DNA of 64,000 nucleotides from Steroidobacteraceae bacterium. Lineage in GTDB: Bacteria; Pseudomonadota; Gammaproteobacteria; Steroidobacterales; Steroidobacteraceae. Every line of letters starts with the position of its first letter. The first letter of the stretch is position 1. A program made the translations under genes and the position numbers. The notes under the pieces are model-generated. The model did not search any database. It was not told the origin of the DNA and was given only the letters and a program-made list of their open reading frames with translations. The stretch spans positions 237-64,236 of the forward strand of contig DATAVX010000105.1 of the NCBI GenBank assembly GCA_036267535.1, in the 5' to 3' direction. Below, one piece after another: positions 60,853 through 64,000 of this stretch.

Positions 60853-62328
60853 CTAGGCGCAGCCCTGAGGCTGGCGCGGACACGCGACGCTGCGCGGGCA
60901 GATGACGCTGGCCTTGGAGCCGAGCGCATCCGCAATCCACGAAATATTCAACACCTGCGAAGCGGCGCGAATCGCGCTGGAGGCAGAGGCAGGAATGGCA
61001 CCGTCGCCGCCGCCGCGCCCGCAGGACTGCGCGACTGCCGCGACGATTTCCTCGCCATCAAAGCCCTGTGCGTCCAGTGCCGGCAACAGGTCCACACCAA
61101 CCGACAACACGTGCAATTCGTCCAAAGCATCGCGCGTCAGCAGTGAATGGCAGCAATACAGCCGCGCCCGCTTGCCGTCTTGCATGACCGAAATTTGCGA
61201 CTTGGGCTTATGCACCGAGGGTGCGTCCGGAGTCTGCAGCAGGCGAAAAACCGCCCAGCGCGGACAGGGATCCGAAACCAGGCTCATGTTGCCCCATGGC
61301 AGCGGAATGCCGTTGCCGCGGTAGACCGCCCGCAGGTAGCCGGGCGGGTAGGCATCGAAGAAATGCCAATGCCGATACGGGGAAACGGCCGTCATACGCC
61401 GCATCACCAGCGCCGGGGTCACGCCAACCTTGTGGCAGGCGCTGACATTATGCGATTCGCGAATTAGGAAGCGGCGAAAGGGAATGCGCGGGCACAGCAG
61501 CGCGCCGGCAAAAAAACTGCACTCGAAGTCGCGCCACGCATAGAGCACATCTTGCGCCCCCATGCCTCCGGCAGAACCCGGCGTCTCTGCGTCGCCCGCT
61601 TGCGCCGCACTGTGCGGCGATATCATGCCATCGCCGTTGTGCAGAATCTTGTGGCCGACAAAGAACGCCAACTCGTACTTCAATCGTTCCTGCTGACTGC
61701 GCAGACGCTTGTTGACCAGCACCGTGCCAGGCGCCTCGAAGCGGGAACGAACCGGCGCCCCGCCCGGCTTGCGGCCGTCGCCGTCGAACCACTTGATCTC
61801 CAAGCCATGCAGCTTGCAGATCGCGATGACGGCATCGAGCGTCAAAGGCATCTGACGATTGCCGCACTCTTCGGCGGCCCGCTCGATATCGGGAAAATTA
61901 TTGTGCCGCGTCTCCTGCCACACCCGTATCAGGAGTTGCGCGAATTGCCGGCCCGTGGTGCCGGTCTGCGAGAGCAGCTCGGGCAGGGCGTTCTGCAACA
62001 GTTCATGCGAGAACAGAAATGCCGGCTCCAAGGGCATGGCCTCGAGACCGCCGCGTTGGCGAGGCGGAGGCGCGGCCTCCACAGCGGTGTTCTCATCCAG
62101 GAACCAGCGGGCGTCCTTGCTGAAAATGCCCGCCAACATGTCCAGCATTCCGGCCGAAGGCATGCGCTTGCCGGTCTCAACCATGCTCAGGTAGGACACC
62201 GAGGGTGCCGCAACCGCGTCGATTTGCACACAGCGCGCGGACAGCTCATCCAAGGTCAAACCATTGCGCTTGCGCAGCGATCGCAGTTTTGCCCCGAGGA
62301 AATGTCCCTGGCGAATCAGGCCGGCCAT
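60853..62328 (-). CDS. RamB/PrpR-type (short-chain acyl-CoA-responsive) XRE-family regulator
   Basis: The N-terminal XRE HTH is FLGAKLRSLRKRNGLTLDELS...VSYLSMVETGKR. Then come an ImmA/IrrE-like central domain and a C-terminal region with conserved Cys residues (...CPRWAV..., ...CPRSVACP...). The gene is divergent from aceA. The start is taken at ATG 62328. Confidence 0.75.
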   Translation of the reverse strand: MAGLIRQGHFLGAKLRSLRKRNGLTLDELSARCVQIDAVAAPSVSYLSMVETGKRMPSAGMLDMLAGIFSKDARWFLDENTAVEAAPPPRQRGGLEAMPLEPAFLFSHELLQNALPELLSQTGTTGRQFAQLLIRVWQETRHNNFPDIERAAEECGNRQMPLTLDAVIAICKLHGLEIKWFDGDGRKPGGAPVRSRFEAPGTVLVNKRLRSQQERLKYELAFFVGHKILHNGDGMISPHSAAQAGDAETPGSAGGMGAQDVLYAWRDFECSFFAGALLCPRIPFRRFLIRESHNVSACHKVGVTPALVMRRMTAVSPYRHWHFFDAYPPGYLRAVYRGNGIPLPWGNMSLVSDPCPRWAVFRLLQTPDAPSVHKPKSQISVMQDGKRARLYCCHSLLTRDALDELHVLSVGVDLLPALDAQGFDGEEIVAAVAQSCGRGGGDGAIPASASSAIRAASQVLNISWIADALGSKASVICPRSVACPRQPQGCA

Positions 62329-62338
62329 TGGTGGTCTC

Positions 62339-62376
62339 GTGTGAAATTCACACTGTGAAATTTCTAATGTGTAAAT
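62339..62376. promoter_or_regulatory. Operator-like repeat cluster in the ramB-like/aceA divergent intergenic region
   Basis: A perfect inverted repeat GTGTGAA-A-TTCACAC occupies 62339-62353. It is followed by TGTGAAAT (62354-62361) and TGTGTAAAT (62368-62376). This gives three TGTG(T)AAAT elements spaced exactly 14 bp apart. Confidence 0.5.
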
Positions 62377-62439
62377 CCTCGCTTTAAACACTTTAAGCTT
62401 GCAGCATCAACCTAGGCAAGCAGACTTTTAGGAGCATTG

Positions 62440-63711
62440 ATGAGCGCACAACCGAACGGTCGATGGCAGGATGTGGAACGCCCTTATAGCGAGGCCGACG
62501 TTGCACGGCTGCGCGGGTCCGTCAAAATCGAATACTCGCTCGCGCGGCTCGGTGCCGAAAAATTCTGGCGGCTGCTGCATACCGAACCTGTGGTGGCGGG
62601 CTTGGGCTGCATGACGGGCAATCAGGCCATCCAGACCGTGCAAGCCGGTTTGAAGGCCATCTACTGCTCGGGGTGGCAAGTCGCGGGCGACGCGAATTCC
62701 GCCGGAGAGGTCTATCCGGATCAAAGCCTCTATCCGGTCGACTCGGTACCGAAGATGGTCGATCGCATCAACAATGCGTTGCTGCGCACCGACCAGATTC
62801 ATCACATGGATGGCAAGTCCGACATCGATTGGTTGGCGCCCATCATTGCCGACGCCGAGGCCGGCTTCGGCGGTAATCTCAATGCCTTTGAACTAACCAA
62901 GGCATTGATACGCGCCGGCGCGGCCGGCGTGCACTTCGAGGATCAGCTGTCGTCCGCCAAAAAATGCGGACACCTGGGCGGCAAAGTACTGGTTTCGACG
63001 GCCGAAGCCATCAACAAGCTCGTGGCGGCACGCCTGGCGGCCGATGTGATGGGCGTGCCCACGGTGATCATCGCGCGCACCGACGCGGATGCCGCGGACT
63101 TGCTGCTGACCGACCATGACCCGCGCGACCAAGCCTTCCTCACGGGTCAGCGTTCCAGCGAAGGGTTCTTCTACGTCAAGGCCGGCATCGAGCAAGCCAT
63201 CGCCCGCGGCCTGGCATATGCGCCTTACTGCGACCTGATCTGGTGTGAAACCTCCAGACCCGACATGAACGAAGCAAAGCGCTTCGCCGCGGCGATTCAC
63301 GGCAAATTCCCGGGGAAATTGCTGGCCTATAACTGCTCGCCGTCTTTTAATTGGGCAGCGAAGCTCAACGCCGCTGCAATGAAGAAGTGGCGCGAGGAAT
63401 TGGCTGCGCTCGGCTACCGCTTCCAATTCATCACGCTGGCGGGCTGGCACGCACTGAATTTGTCGATGTTCGAACTGGCCTCGGCCTACAGCGCCGATGG
63501 CATGCTGGGCTATTCGCGGCTGCAGCAGCGCGAGTTCGGCCAGGAAGCGTCCGGCTACCGCGCAACCAAGCACCAGGCATTCGTCGGCACCGGCTATTTC
63601 GACGCGGTGCAGACGGCGATCAGCGCCAAGAGTTCGACCGTCGCCATGGCCGGCAGCACCGAGACCGAACAATTCCACGCGATGCAAAAGCCTGAACGCG
63701 TGGTGGCCTAG
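62440..63711 (+). CDS. aceA: Isocitrate lyase
   Basis: The signature KKCGHLGGK is present, with DAEAGFGG and NCSPSFNW blocks. GGAG lies 6 nt upstream of ATG 62440. Confidence 0.95.
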   Translation: MSAQPNGRWQDVERPYSEADVARLRGSVKIEYSLARLGAEKFWRLLHTEPVVAGLGCMTGNQAIQTVQAGLKAIYCSGWQVAGDANSAGEVYPDQSLYPVDSVPKMVDRINNALLRTDQIHHMDGKSDIDWLAPIIADAEAGFGGNLNAFELTKALIRAGAAGVHFEDQLSSAKKCGHLGGKVLVSTAEAINKLVAARLAADVMGVPTVIIARTDADAADLLLTDHDPRDQAFLTGQRSSEGFFYVKAGIEQAIARGLAYAPYCDLIWCETSRPDMNEAKRFAAAIHGKFPGKLLAYNCSPSFNWAAKLNAAAMKKWREELAALGYRFQFITLAGWHALNLSMFELASAYSADGMLGYSRLQQREFGQEASGYRATKHQAFVGTGYFDAVQTAISAKSSTVAMAGSTETEQFHAMQKPERVVA

Positions 63712-63719
63712 AGCAGAGA

Positions 63720-64000
63720 ATGCACCTGCGCGCGGACCTCGCTGCCGCCACGGCGGCGCAGATCGCCGAACACTTTCGCCTCTATAACGAGGAGTTCGGC
63801 CGCATCACGCGGCGCGCAGCGGGAAACTTCCTCGCCGAGGATTGGCACGCGGCGAAGCTCGACTCCGTGGAACGAATCGAACTGTACGAAGAGAGGGTGG
63901 CGCGCTGCGTCGCATCGGTCGGGGGCCAACTGGCGGCACAGCGCGTCGATGCCGCACTTTGGTCCGACATCAAATGCGATTATGCAGGGTTGGTCGCACG
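63720..64000 (+). CDS. aceK: Isocitrate dehydrogenase kinase/phosphatase AceK (5' part, runs off the window end)
   Basis: The open frame from ATG 63720 reads MHLRADLAAATAAQIAEHFRLYNEEFGRITRRAAGNFLAEDWHAAKLDSVERIELYEERV... This follows the AceK N-terminal pattern (F..Y...F..IT..A...F...DW.......RI.LYEE.V). It starts 8 nt after the aceA stop. Confidence 0.75.
   Translation, partial: MHLRADLAAATAAQIAEHFRLYNEEFGRITRRAAGNFLAEDWHAAKLDSVERIELYEERVARCVASVGGQLAAQRVDAALWSDIKCDYAGLVA

Noticed and set aside
62340-62352. TGTGA...TCACA, which at first sight looks like a CRP/cAMP site upstream of aceA.
   Set aside because: The spacing between the pentamers is 3 nt, not the 6 nt of the CRP consensus. It is reported instead as an operator-like palindrome of unknown specificity.
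1-64000. Scan for tRNA, rRNA, tmRNA, IS elements or transposases, integrases, phage genes, and classical defence genes (restriction, Cas, helicase-nuclease fusions).
   Set aside because: I recognised none by eye. A by-eye scan is weak evidence of absence for small RNAs. tRNAscan, Infernal or ISfinder-type searches would be needed to be sure.

Overview
GC-rich, very tightly packed chromosomal segment of a Gram-negative, most likely proteobacterial, genome (aceK, RND/OprM-type efflux, ModA and a Bat-type operon all point that way). Many genes overlap by 1-8 nt, and several convergent pairs share or nearly share their stop codons. I call about 58 protein-coding genes, 2 pseudogene remnants, a few coding tandem repeats and a few regulatory or terminator candidates. 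I saw no rRNA, tRNA, CRISPR array, IS element or integrase.

Layout:
- 0-2.7 kb: vapBC-like toxin-antitoxin pair, then a PLD/YbjQ/2-TM protein cluster.
- 3.0-5.4 kb: lower-GC patch with orphan secreted proteins and two gene remnants.
- 5.4-7.2 kb: Tat-exported TIM-barrel isomerase and a DUF72 protein.
- 7.3-13.1 kb: MocR regulator, SbmA/BacA-type ABC protein and a CocE/NonD-fold protein.
- 13.9-14.5 kb: orphan NarL-type response regulator.
- 14.5-22.6 kb: seven-gene MoxR/DUF58/DUF4381/VWA/BatD/TPR-SH3 (Bat-type) operon.
- 23.4-25.5 kb: receptor Ser/Thr-kinase-like protein with a Calx-beta ectodomain.
- 25.5-28.4 kb: matB-like gene, HDOD gene and slyX.
- 28.5-32.7 kb: ROK kinase, GST, NADP-oxidoreductase, PaaI thioesterase and a DUF4105 protein.
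- 32.7-38.5 kb: eamA-selO-dipZ-msrA-modA cluster.
- 38.6-41.8 kb: hydrolase, Ser/Thr dehydratase and a DAACS symporter.
- 41.8-50.6 kb: GGDEF-EAL protein, orphan XdhC, HDOD protein, secreted HD protein, ChaA and an acidic lipoprotein.
- 51.1-52.2 kb: thiolase.
- 52.2-58.8 kb: RND efflux operon with xth coupled to its 3' end.
- 58.9-59.8 kb: bfd-bfr with a Fur-box candidate.
- 59.8-64.0 kb: SRPBCC/GyrI-like protein, then a RamB/PrpR-like regulator divergent from aceA-aceK.

Best candidate for something undescribed: the translationally coupled pair at 7335-11443. It encodes an SbmA/BacA-type ABC half-transporter that keeps only Walker A of its catalytic ATPase motifs. Its partner is a signal-peptide-bearing CocE/NonD-fold protein with substitutions at all three catalytic-triad positions (Ser, Asp, His). 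Both frames are long and intact, which suggests a retained non-enzymatic module rather than decay.

Other notable points are a kinase-like receptor with SFG in place of DFG, modA coupled to a periplasmic msrA/dipZ/selO cluster, a repeat-rich operator candidate in front of aceA, and xth coupled to an efflux operon.

All homology statements come from motif recognition and by-eye alignment. No database search was run.
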